A stretch of 19,862 nt of DNA, taken from Candidatus Krumholzibacteriota bacterium (GTDB lineage: Bacteria > Krumholzibacteriota > Krumholzibacteriia > JAJRXK01). Shown here one piece after another: positions 8,925-17,717 of the stretch. Position 1 is the first letter of the stretch; each line of letters begins with the position of its first letter. Both the position numbers and the translations under genes were made by a program. The stretch lies in NCBI GenBank assembly GCA_963806035.1, contig CAWDWO010000041.1:1-19862 (forward strand), written 5' to 3'. The notes beneath the pieces are model-generated. The model searched no databases. It was not told the origin of the DNA and saw nothing but the letters and a program-made list of their open reading frames with translations.

Positions 8925-9716
8925 GTGAGAGCGAATCGAGTTTGGACCGGGCTTGTACTGGCGTTGGCCGCTTTGATTTTCATCATCCCCGATGCAAGCG
9001 CCCAGTCCATGCCGCCCAAGGGAAGTCTTACCATTTACGGTTTGGCCGGCGGCCTGAACATGAATCTGGATTCCGTCAACAACTCCCTCGAGCAGAACGA
9101 GACTTTCCTGCGCGACAGCTACGTACTGGCCAACTACAAGATCTTCGGAATGGCGGGAAGCCTGGGCGGCGGTCTGGCTTATCAGATGATGGATCGCGTC
9201 GCGATTTCGGTGGAATACAACCATCTCTCTCAGGGATTGCGCAACAACACCTATGCCGGCTCGCGCGGGCAGTTGACGGGCTTCTTGGACAACACCCACG
9301 CCAAGATGCAGGACCTCACGCTCAACCTCACCTGGTATCCCCCGGTGGACAGGGGCATTTTTCTCGGTGGCGGCCTGGGATACGGCTGGAGCGACATGAG
9401 CGAGAGCATCGACATCGTCAGCGAGATCGATTCTGACTCCGACACTCACTACCGCGGCAATTGGACCGGCTCGAGCCTGAGCGCGCAGGGCTATCTTGGT
9501 TACCACTTCGATTTCGTCGCGGGAACCAAAGTGACGATGCGGGGCGGCTACCGTTACCTGGACATGGGTGATCCCACCGGCAATACCATCGAAACCTCGA
9601 TCAACGGCAGCTCCGATTCCCAGCAACTCCCGCTGGGAACCGTGGGTTGGGATTTCAGCGGCTGGAACGCCGTTCTCTCGGTGGGCTACAGCTTCTTCGG
9701 CGGCACCACCAAGTAG
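8925..9716 (+). CDS. Outer membrane beta-barrel protein (likely small barrel)
   Basis: RBS GAAGGAG, GTG 8925, signal peptide ending DASA, alternating aromatic/Gly strands, and a C-terminal strand WNAVLSVGYSF. Confidence 0.75.
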   Translation: MRANRVWTGLVLALAALIFIIPDASAQSMPPKGSLTIYGLAGGLNMNLDSVNNSLEQNETFLRDSYVLANYKIFGMAGSLGGGLAYQMMDRVAISVEYNHLSQGLRNNTYAGSRGQLTGFLDNTHAKMQDLTLNLTWYPPVDRGIFLGGGLGYGWSDMSESIDIVSEIDSDSDTHYRGNWTGSSLSAQGYLGYHFDFVAGTKVTMRGGYRYLDMGDPTGNTIETSINGSSDSQQLPLGTVGWDFSGWNAVLSVGYSFFGGTTK

Positions 9717-9723
9717 TCCAGCC

Positions 9724-10086
9724 ATGCCCGACCTCATCCTCATCGAAGGCCTGAAGGTGCGCGCCACGGTGGGAGTGAGGGAGCACGAGCGCGAGGTTCC
9801 CCAGGATATCGTGCTCGATCTCCAGCTCTCGGTGGACTTCGAGACCGCGGCACGGCAGGACGATTTGAAGGCCACCGTCGACTACGACAAGTTGGCTCGC
9901 GCCATCGAAAAGCGTGTGCTGGAGACGCGGCGCCTCACCCTGGAAGCGGTGGCCTGGGACGTGGCGGGAATCTGCCTGGAGGATACGCGCGTGGAGTCGG
10001 TGCGGGTCCGGGTGGGCAAGCCCGGGGCCCTGCGCAACGCGCGCGCGGCCGCGGTGGTCCTGAGGCGTGGCGGCGAGGACTTCTAG
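9724..10086 (+). CDS. folB: Dihydroneopterin aldolase (FolB/FolX family)
   Basis: 120 aa with MPDLILIEGLKVRATVGVREHER, DDLKATVDY, LEAVA and VGKPGA motifs. Confidence 0.88.
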   Translation: MPDLILIEGLKVRATVGVREHEREVPQDIVLDLQLSVDFETAARQDDLKATVDYDKLARAIEKRVLETRRLTLEAVAWDVAGICLEDTRVESVRVRVGKPGALRNARAAAVVLRRGGEDF

Positions 10087-10823
10087 CTCTCCTGGGGGCC
10101 ATTGCCCCCGTGCATGCGCGCGCTCGGCGGGATTTCGAGCAAGAGTGCCGCTTCCCGATCCAGACGCCGCGCCAGCTCTTCCTCCACCAGGTGGTCTTCG
10201 AAGTAGAGTTTGGCCAGCTCCAAAAAGGTCGCCGCGTGTCCGCTCTCCGATCGGGCCAGATTTTCATACATTTGCGCTAAATCTTCGCTATTTGGGCCCC
10301 AATCACCCGAGGATTCCCGGGATTGAGGGGGCGACTCGACCCCCTGGCGGCCCGGGCTCGCGGTGGCTTGCGGCCTCAGGCCCTGCGCGAGCGCGACGAA
10401 GCGCTCGCAGGAGCGGGCCTCGACCACGGCCGAAATCAGGAGGGCATCCAGAAGGGCGGGGACGGGGTCGCGGTGCATGGCATGGAGACCGCTCATGTAG
10501 GGCGAGCGTTGTGGGCTGAAGGGCTCGATGGCGCGCGCAGCCAGAACTTCGCGCAAAAGCTGGAAATGTTGCAGTTCCTCTCGGGCCAGTCGCTGCATTC
10601 GATCTACCAGCACGTTTTTCCCGGGATTTCGCCCTATGAGAGCGAGAGCATTGGCGGCCGCTTTGAGTTCGCACTGACGGTGATCCTCGAGCAGGGTCGC
10701 AAGATCGCTGAGGGCGAGACGTTGCCAGGCCGAGCTGGTGCGCACGCGCAGGGGCACGATTTTCAGCGTGCGCTCGATGGCGCGCGCGGCGGCCGAATTC
10801 TCGAAAGAGCTCGTGAGATTCAT
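10083..10823 (-). CDS. miaE: tRNA ms2i6A37 hydroxylase (ferritin-like di-iron)
   Basis: Motifs DHRQCELKAA, LAREELQHF, VVEARSCERF, LARSESGH and C-terminal RMH. Start placed at ATG 10823 because the ATG at 10832 lies inside a -10 box. Confidence 0.85.
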   Translation of the reverse strand: MNLTSSFENSAAARAIERTLKIVPLRVRTSSAWQRLALSDLATLLEDHRQCELKAAANALALIGRNPGKNVLVDRMQRLAREELQHFQLLREVLAARAIEPFSPQRSPYMSGLHAMHRDPVPALLDALLISAVVEARSCERFVALAQGLRPQATASPGRQGVESPPQSRESSGDWGPNSEDLAQMYENLARSESGHAATFLELAKLYFEDHLVEEELARRLDREAALLLEIPPSARMHGGNGPQES

Positions 10824-10839
10824 GTGCGCCATTCTAACA
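10824..10839 (-). promoter_or_regulatory. Extended -10 promoter, probably giving a leaderless miaE transcript
   Basis: The minus strand reads TG-T-TAGAAT-ggcgcac-ATG. Confidence 0.55.
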
Positions 10840-10981
10840 CGGTACGAGGGGCTTCGCTGCTAGCCATGACCCGATCGACGGGTGTAAACTCCTCCATCCT
10901 GCCGGCCCCCACCGTCGGCCGCGAGAAGAACCAATACCCCACGCGTCCCCGTGCCCGCACGCGGACTGCGGCCGAAGCGCG

Positions 10982-12532
10982 ATGTCGAGACCATTCGCAA
11001 AACTCCTTCCCTGGCTCATGGGCTGTGTCGCGCTCGCCGCTGCTTGCTCGAACGAACCCTTCGATCCTTCGAGCTGGCAGAACGCGCGTCCGGTGGCGTC
11101 GATCTGGGTCCTTCCCGCCGATGCCGACAGCCTGCAACCGACCACCTACAACCAGGCGACCTTCCACTGGTCCGGGACCGACAAGGACGGCTTCATCGTG
11201 GGTTACCACGTGAGCATCGCCCTGCAGGGTCAGCCCGACAACGCCTGGATCTTCACCACCAAGGAAGAGTCGACCGCGACCTACACCACCGATGAAAACG
11301 GTCGCACCTCCCCGACTTTGTACGTGGTTGCCGAGGACGATCGCGGCGCGCTCAGTGATACGGTTTCGGTCACCATACCCCTGGTGAACTTTCCTCCGCT
11401 CTTGGAGTTCGCCGACAACTTCAATCCGGTGAAGACGAGCTTCGGCGCGGCTTCCTTCGAGTTCTTCGGCTTCGATCTCGACGGTGACTCCACTCTCTTG
11501 CCCTGGATCGAATACCGCTATGAGGGCAGCGATCCCGATCTCGTCTACGATATCGGTGACCCCCTGGCCGACCCCACCCAGGGGTGGGTGCGTGAGTCTC
11601 GTCCGCCGACGCGCTTCTCCTTGGTGCTGCGCAACATCCCGGCCGGCGATCCCGCGCAGGATTTCGACCAGACTCTCTACGTGCGCATCGCGGACGAGGC
11701 GGGCGGCGTGGCCGAACTCTCCCACACCTGGAAAGTCTACCAGGCCATCGGCGACGTCCTTCTGGTGGACGATTCACCGAACACGGTCTCCCTCGCCAGC
11801 CGCGACACTTTCTATCGCGATGCTCTCGACGTGCTCTTGCCCAACCAGCACAGCCTGTGGGACATCTCCGACGGCTTGCCAGACCGCGACGACGACATTC
11901 GTCTCACCCTGGAACAATTCCAGTGGCTGGTATGGTACACGGGCAATTCGGAGAGTCAGAATTTGCTGCGCGTGCAGGGGATCCTACAGGACTATCTCAG
12001 CAAGGATCTCGACCCCGACACGCCGGGCACGCAATCGGGGCACCTCTTCCTGGAGACCCAGAATGCAGTGGGCGCCAGTTCGAATTTGGGCACAACCTTC
12101 CGCTCGCAGGTTTTGGGGCTCGAAAAGAACCCGGATCCGCGCTCGAGCTTCCGGATCACCTCGCAGGACCTCTCCGGTCTCGGCGGTTCGCTCGATGTCG
12201 AACCACAGACCACCGATCTTCCAGCCATAGCTTCGATCGGGCGCAACTATCTGGACGGGACGGGTTTCTTCTTCGGAATCTACGGCTTCGTGATGACCTC
12301 GGGCACCGCCGAACTCTACCGTTTCGAGAACTACGACTATTTGCATGATCGCCGGCCCTCCAGTCCGCTGGTCGCCACGCGTAGACCGGACACCGGAACC
12401 GCAACCACGGTTTGCCTCGGATTCCAGCTGGAGTATTGCAACGCTCTGGGCAACGCGGTCGAAACGCTCGGTCTCATCTTGCAGAACCACCTCGGGCACC
12501 CGGTGAGCCTGCCGAGCGGGGGGAAGCCGTGA
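10982..12532 (+). CDS. Hypothetical lipoprotein with Ig-like N-terminal domains and an alpha/beta C-terminal domain
   Basis: Lipobox LAAA-C. Beta-rich segments (FHWSGTDKDGFIVGY, YVVAEDDRGALS) are followed by LLVDD...LVWYTG. Codon usage is typical of the genome. Confidence 0.75.
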   Translation: MSRPFAKLLPWLMGCVALAAACSNEPFDPSSWQNARPVASIWVLPADADSLQPTTYNQATFHWSGTDKDGFIVGYHVSIALQGQPDNAWIFTTKEESTATYTTDENGRTSPTLYVVAEDDRGALSDTVSVTIPLVNFPPLLEFADNFNPVKTSFGAASFEFFGFDLDGDSTLLPWIEYRYEGSDPDLVYDIGDPLADPTQGWVRESRPPTRFSLVLRNIPAGDPAQDFDQTLYVRIADEAGGVAELSHTWKVYQAIGDVLLVDDSPNTVSLASRDTFYRDALDVLLPNQHSLWDISDGLPDRDDDIRLTLEQFQWLVWYTGNSESQNLLRVQGILQDYLSKDLDPDTPGTQSGHLFLETQNAVGASSNLGTTFRSQVLGLEKNPDPRSSFRITSQDLSGLGGSLDVEPQTTDLPAIASIGRNYLDGTGFFFGIYGFVMTSGTAELYRFENYDYLHDRRPSSPLVATRRPDTGTATTVCLGFQLEYCNALGNAVETLGLILQNHLGHPVSLPSGGKP

Positions 12533-15480
12533 GGAGTTGGCAGCTGAGAGCCATGTTGATCGTCGCCCTCGCCTTCCTGCTTCTACCGAGGGTGACACGA
12601 GCAGACGATCAACAAATCGGAAAGGTTACCGGTGACATCGGAGAGAAAGTTACCGGCTACCGCTACCTCCATCGCTACGAGGAAGAGGCCAAGCGCAATC
12701 CGAATCTTCCCATCGTGGTCAAGGGCCGGGTCTTCGCGAAGGATCGTGATGTCCCTCTGAGCTATACCAACATCTTCGTGCTGAACACCGGCAAGGGAAC
12801 GATCTCGCTGAACAACGGCCAGTTCTGGCTGAGAGGCCTGCAGCCGGGCACCTATACCATCCGCGCCAGCTACATTACCTACGCGGTGGGCGAGGTGACT
12901 CTGAGTCTCCTGCCCGGGGACGAAGTCGAGATCAATTTCTGGCTCGAGCCGCACGCGGAGATCTTCGATCCCTACGAAGTTTTGGCCCAACGCAAGTTGC
13001 TCGTGGTGAGTGAGACGGGAACCGCGCGCCGCCTCAGCGGCAGCGACATCGACGCGCTGCCCCTGGACAACTTGGTGGACGCGGTGGCCCTGCAGGCTGG
13101 TGTGACGGTGCAGGACAATGCCATCCACATCCGCGGTGGCCGCGAGGACGATACGCAGTTTCGGCTCGACGGCATCGCGGTGAAGGACCCGCTGGGCGCC
13201 GGCTCCTACGGGGTGGGGGTGAACACCGATCTCATCAACGAAGTCGAAGTTCTCACCGGCGGATTCTCGGCGGAATATGGCCAGGCGGTGAGCGGGGTCG
13301 TGAACGTCTCGACCAAGGAAGGTGGAGACGAGTTCGAGGGCAAGGCCACCTATCGCAGCGATGCCATCGCACCCGACTCGTATCGCTACGACAAGGACAT
13401 GGCGAGGCTCACCCTGTCCGGTCCGGTGGTGCCCTGGAACAAACTGAATCTGCCAGGGAAGCAATACTTCATCGTCAGCCTCACCGGCGACATCAGCGAC
13501 ACCTATCTTCCCACCAGATCGCTGCGCAACCCGGACCCGTCCCAGGTTTCTCAGATGCCCGACCAGGAGCAGACCAAGGGTGTGCTCTCTCCGATTCTCG
13601 GAAGCGACATCTGGTCGCCGCGCGCCGACAACAAGTGGAGCGGATTGGCCAAGCTCACCTGGGCCTTCTCGCCCCTGAGCAAGCTCAACCTCACCTACAG
13701 CAACCAGGCCACGGTGGGACTGGGATACCTGCTCGCCGGCGAGGGTTTTCCCAAGAAGTATCAGAACATTCTCTACAACTACGACGTCACCACCACGCAG
13801 AACATTCTCACCCAGCTCAACTGGCATCACGTCAACGGGAAGAACGCCTTCTACGACATCACCCTGGGACGACAGTTCTCCCGGCAGCATACCAACAAGA
13901 ATCGCAACGACGACTTCACCACCTACGTGGGACCCGAGCTCAATTACCACGATCCTCCCGGCGAAGGCGCGCCCTCATACATCGCGGGCGCCCACGTGGG
14001 AGGAGACGCCGACCGCTGGCACGACCATTACTCGGAATCCTACGTCGCCAAAGCCGACTACGCGTGGCTCGCGGGCGAGAACAGCCGCTTCAAGACGGGC
14101 TTCGAGTACACCTACAGCGAGATGCAGCTCATCGACCTGAGTGGATCCTTGGGCAACCCGCCGCCGGGTTTCCTGGCGCGCAGTCAGGACATTTTCCGGG
14201 TTCATCCGCAGGTCTTCGCGGGCTACGTGCAGGACCGTCTCAGCTACAAGGGTCTCATTCTCAACCTGGGTGGGCGTCTCGATGCCTGGGCGCCCGGCCG
14301 GGAAGTGGATCGCGTCATGGAGAACAGCGAAGACTACGTCTTCATCTTCCCCGAGATGGTGGACAGCTATCGCTCGAAGACCACCAGCGCCTTCGGAGTG
14401 CGCTGGAAGGCTCGCCTGAGTCCGCGCATCGGGGTGAGCTTCCCCGTTTCTCCGCACGACAAGTTCTTCTTCAATTACGGCCACTTCAACCAGTGGCCGC
14501 GCTACAACTACGTGTACGCCCAGCTTCAGACCAACTTCGCAACCGACCTGCAGCTCTTGGGCAATCCCGATCTCGATCCCAAGGTCACGGTGCAGTACGA
14601 GGCGGGGATTCAGCACGAGTTCGAGAATCTCTGGAGCGCCGGCCTCACCTTCTACAGCAACGACATCTACGGCTACGCGCAGAGCGTGGCTCTGGACCAG
14701 GTGGTGATCGACCCGCAGGACACGCCCGACCCCAACGACCAGGTGGCGGTGGTGGTGAATCCCATTCGCTACTTCAACGCCGACGCGGCGCGCTCCATCG
14801 GGATGGAACTGTCGATCGTGAAACGCACCACGCGCTATCTCAGCGGAAGCCTCACTTTCGAGCTGCAGCGAACCACCGGCAGCAACAGCGATGCGAACGC
14901 CACCTTCCTCAGCGCGGAGCTGGGGCAGGGCAATCCCGACTTTCAGACCGAGCAGGGGATTCGCAACGTGCCTCTGCTGTGGGATCGCCCCTGGTCGGTC
15001 ACCTTGAACCTGGACTTCTACGTGGGTGACAGGCATGCGCCGCAGCTTCTGGGCTGGACGCTTCCGAAGAACTGGAGCGCGAATCTGCTGCTGAAGGCCT
15101 GGTCGGGACAGCGCTACACCGAGAGGGTCTTGACCGAAAACGGAAGCGTGCAGAACTCCTCGGACACCTACGGTAGACTGGGCCCCTATCGCAGCACCCT
15201 CGATCTGAAGCTCTCCAAGTTCTATCATCTGGACGAGAAGCGAAGGGTGACGATCTATCTCGAGGCGCGCAACATCCTGGATCATGCGAACTACCGGCGC
15301 GTCAATCCCTGGACGGGAGAGGGATACATTCGGGGCAATTGGGACGGGGACATCGCGAGCCAACGGCTGAATGGATCGCCGCGTACCGTTTCCACCACCG
15401 ACTACGTGGAAGACTACGTCGATCCTTCCTACCGCACCGACCCCCGCACCCTGATCTTGGGGGTGAGTTACCAATGGTAG
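12529..15480 (+). CDS. TonB-dependent receptor with carboxypeptidase-regulatory-like N-domain
   Basis: GTGA overlap with the upstream gene and a signal peptide. CarboxypepD-like domain (GLQPGTYTIRASYI), plug (HIRGGR, VLTGGFSAEYGQAVSGVVNVSTKEG), barrel motifs (LSPRIGVSFPV, GNPDLDP) and C-terminal W. Confidence 0.92.
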   Translation: MRSWQLRAMLIVALAFLLLPRVTRADDQQIGKVTGDIGEKVTGYRYLHRYEEEAKRNPNLPIVVKGRVFAKDRDVPLSYTNIFVLNTGKGTISLNNGQFWLRGLQPGTYTIRASYITYAVGEVTLSLLPGDEVEINFWLEPHAEIFDPYEVLAQRKLLVVSETGTARRLSGSDIDALPLDNLVDAVALQAGVTVQDNAIHIRGGREDDTQFRLDGIAVKDPLGAGSYGVGVNTDLINEVEVLTGGFSAEYGQAVSGVVNVSTKEGGDEFEGKATYRSDAIAPDSYRYDKDMARLTLSGPVVPWNKLNLPGKQYFIVSLTGDISDTYLPTRSLRNPDPSQVSQMPDQEQTKGVLSPILGSDIWSPRADNKWSGLAKLTWAFSPLSKLNLTYSNQATVGLGYLLAGEGFPKKYQNILYNYDVTTTQNILTQLNWHHVNGKNAFYDITLGRQFSRQHTNKNRNDDFTTYVGPELNYHDPPGEGAPSYIAGAHVGGDADRWHDHYSESYVAKADYAWLAGENSRFKTGFEYTYSEMQLIDLSGSLGNPPPGFLARSQDIFRVHPQVFAGYVQDRLSYKGLILNLGGRLDAWAPGREVDRVMENSEDYVFIFPEMVDSYRSKTTSAFGVRWKARLSPRIGVSFPVSPHDKFFFNYGHFNQWPRYNYVYAQLQTNFATDLQLLGNPDLDPKVTVQYEAGIQHEFENLWSAGLTFYSNDIYGYAQSVALDQVVIDPQDTPDPNDQVAVVVNPIRYFNADAARSIGMELSIVKRTTRYLSGSLTFELQRTTGSNSDANATFLSAELGQGNPDFQTEQGIRNVPLLWDRPWSVTLNLDFYVGDRHAPQLLGWTLPKNWSANLLLKAWSGQRYTERVLTENGSVQNSSDTYGRLGPYRSTLDLKLSKFYHLDEKRRVTIYLEARNILDHANYRRVNPWTGEGYIRGNWDGDIASQRLNGSPRTVSTTDYVEDYVDPSYRTDPRTLILGVSYQW

Positions 15481-16451
15481 CGCGCACGGTTCTCGTCCTC
15501 TGGCTCTTGCTCCTCTCCTTCGCGCCGGCGCGGGCCGGCCAGCTCATCACGCTCTACGGGGGAGAACGGGCCGGGTCCAGTGGAGGCCAGTTCTTGCGCG
15601 TGCCCGCGGGCGCGCGCGGCATCGCCATGGGCAGCGGCATGAGCGCGGCGGCGGAGGGCGCCTCGGCGGTGTTCTGGAATCCCGCGGCCATGATCACGGT
15701 CGAGGGTAGCGATCGCCTGCTTCTGTCGCACACCGCCTACGCGGCGGACATGGATGTCGATCACATTTCCTACGTTCACCGGATCGGAGTCTGGCGTCTG
15801 GGCCTCATGGGAGGCGTTTTGCGCAGCGGCGACATCCTGCGCACCAGCGAGTTGCATCCCACTGGCCAGGGCTTCACTTTCAGCGCGAACCAGTTCGTGG
15901 GGGCGGTGTCCTTGGGACGGCAGATGACGGATCGCTTTACCGTCGCGGCCACCGCGAAGTTTTTGCAGGAAAACCTCGACGAATTCAAGAACGAGGGCTT
16001 CTTCCTCGATCTGGGCGCGCTCTACTACATCGGTTTCCACACCGCGCGCATCGGCTTCACAGTGCAGAATTTCGGCAGTGACATGAAGCTCAGCGGTTCG
16101 CCACCCGCCGAGACGGAAGCGGACTGGCAGAGCTTCGCGGCGCCGACCATCGCGATCTTCGGCGCGGCCTATGACTTTGGAAGGGGCGATGACCATCGCC
16201 TCACCCTCTGCTTCGATTTCCGTCATCCCAGCGACGAGCAGGAGTCGATGATTTTCGGCGCTGAAGCCGCGCTGCTCGATCACCTGGCGCTGCGCGGAGG
16301 GTGGCGCAGCAACGTGGATCAGGGAGGGCTCTCCGCCGGTTTCGGAGTGAACTTCGAGAAGAAGGGTTTGCTCCTGCGGCTCGCCTACGCCTATGACGAC
16401 CGGGGCGCCTTCGGCGGCCTGCACACGGTCAGCCTGGAGCTGGGACGATGA
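15474..16451 (+). CDS. PorV/PorQ-family (FadL-like) outer membrane protein
   Basis: ATG 15474 overlaps the receptor stop and opens a signal peptide. Signature GSSGGQFLRVPAGARGIAMG...VFWNPA and C-terminal FGGLHTVSLEL. Confidence 0.85.
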   Translation: MVARTVLVLWLLLLSFAPARAGQLITLYGGERAGSSGGQFLRVPAGARGIAMGSGMSAAAEGASAVFWNPAAMITVEGSDRLLLSHTAYAADMDVDHISYVHRIGVWRLGLMGGVLRSGDILRTSELHPTGQGFTFSANQFVGAVSLGRQMTDRFTVAATAKFLQENLDEFKNEGFFLDLGALYYIGFHTARIGFTVQNFGSDMKLSGSPPAETEADWQSFAAPTIAIFGAAYDFGRGDDHRLTLCFDFRHPSDEQESMIFGAEAALLDHLALRGGWRSNVDQGGLSAGFGVNFEKKGLLLRLAYAYDDRGAFGGLHTVSLELGR

Positions 16452-17623
16452 GAACACGAGCTGGCATGGGCGCGCTGGTCTACAGGGGAGTGCTCGCCCG
16501 GAGCACGGCGCTCGCCCTGCTTGCCTTGCTCGCACTGGCGAGTGTGTTCGCCAGCGCCGGCTGCGGCGAGAAGATCACCGTGCCACAGGCCAAGGGCATT
16601 CCCAGCAGCAGTCTCTATCTGGAGAAGGGCCAGTGGGACCTGACGGATCCCACCGATCTCATCGAAGCCGCGGGCAAGATCTTCGTCACCGAGGGACAGC
16701 CGGGCACGCTCACCAAGTACAACTTGAAGGGGGCGCTCGACAAGGGACCGGTCAGCGGTCTGGCCAACCCCACTGCGGTGTGCTTGGACTCCTTGGCGCG
16801 AACCGTGGTGGTGGGGGAAAGCGGAGGCGACGGGATTCCGCCGCGGCTTTCGTTCTACGCCCAGGGAGATCTCGCGCCCTTGGGGACTTTCGATCTGAGC
16901 GGCTTGGCCAAGAGTGTCGCCGCCCTCGCCACGCGCGGCGATCTGCTCTATCTGGCCGATCCGGATTCGGGCGCGGTGTTGCGCTTCCGTTGGCTGGATC
17001 ACCTGGGCGGCATCTTGCAGGCGCGCGGGGAAGTCGCAAACTCGCGCGGCAGCGCGGAGAGTCCGCAATTCGTCCAGCGACCGGTGGGACTGGCCTTCGA
17101 TTCGGCCGGCATGCTGCTGGTGTGCGATGCCGACACCATGCGCAACTGGGTCATTCGCTTCGACCCCACTCCCGCCAATGGCGACTCCACCTCGACGGGA
17201 CAGATCGTTCCCTTCTATCCCAGCAACTGTCCCACCGTCGACATTTCAGCTCACGTCTTGGGCAAGGCCCCCGGATGTGGGGGAATTTTCGAACCCGGCC
17301 CCGGCAGCGACGCCGGCGAATTCGACGTGCCCTACGGCGTGGGCATCGACCGAGAGGGCCGTATCTACGTGGCCGATTCGGGCAACGGCCGCGGGCAGCG
17401 GTTCACCCCCAATGGCAGCTTCGATCTCATCTTCGGCAATGGCGCCGGGGGCGCGGTGCCCCTGCAGTCGCCGCGCAAATTCGCGATCGTGCACGGTGTC
17501 ACCACCCGCGGTGGCATCCAGGTGGAGATCTCCGGCGCCATCCTCTACGTGGTGGACGCGGCGACCGCGCAGATCCGTATCTTCGAGGACAAGCGCTGGA
17601 GCGATTTCAAGGGCGGATCCTAG
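16448..17623 (+). CDS. NHL-repeat beta-propeller lipoprotein
   Basis: ATGA overlap and lipobox SAG-C. NHL repeats GEFDVPYGVGIDREGRIYVADSGNGRGQRF and FVQRPVGLAFDSAGMLLVCD. Confidence 0.8.
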   Translation: MRTRAGMGALVYRGVLARSTALALLALLALASVFASAGCGEKITVPQAKGIPSSSLYLEKGQWDLTDPTDLIEAAGKIFVTEGQPGTLTKYNLKGALDKGPVSGLANPTAVCLDSLARTVVVGESGGDGIPPRLSFYAQGDLAPLGTFDLSGLAKSVAALATRGDLLYLADPDSGAVLRFRWLDHLGGILQARGEVANSRGSAESPQFVQRPVGLAFDSAGMLLVCDADTMRNWVIRFDPTPANGDSTSTGQIVPFYPSNCPTVDISAHVLGKAPGCGGIFEPGPGSDAGEFDVPYGVGIDREGRIYVADSGNGRGQRFTPNGSFDLIFGNGAGGAVPLQSPRKFAIVHGVTTRGGIQVEISGAILYVVDAATAQIRIFEDKRWSDFKGGS

Positions 17624-17653
17624 ACCCGCCTTCGGTGGATCCTCGCCACACGA

Positions 17654-17682
17654 TTGCCCTTTGGGGGTGAAAGGGCTACGAT
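17654..17682 (+). promoter_or_regulatory. Putative sigma70 promoter for rpiB-dNK-add
   Basis: TTGCCC-N17-TACGAT. Confidence 0.6.
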
Positions 17683-17717
17683 TCTCGCCACCTTTTGATT
17701 CGAGAGAGGAACCCGCG

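Noticed and set aside
12583..15474. Long minus-strand ORFs (455 and 499 aa) and a 464-aa alternative plus frame
   Set aside because: They are shadows of the TonB-dependent receptor and carry no motifs.
17612..17647. Possible terminator after the NHL gene
   Set aside because: The stem is short and imperfect and has no adjacent T tract.
16914..17717. Apparent 268-aa N-terminal fusion to RpiB in the ORF track
   Set aside because: It overlaps the NHL gene out of frame, and a promoter and RBS support the start at GTG 17718.
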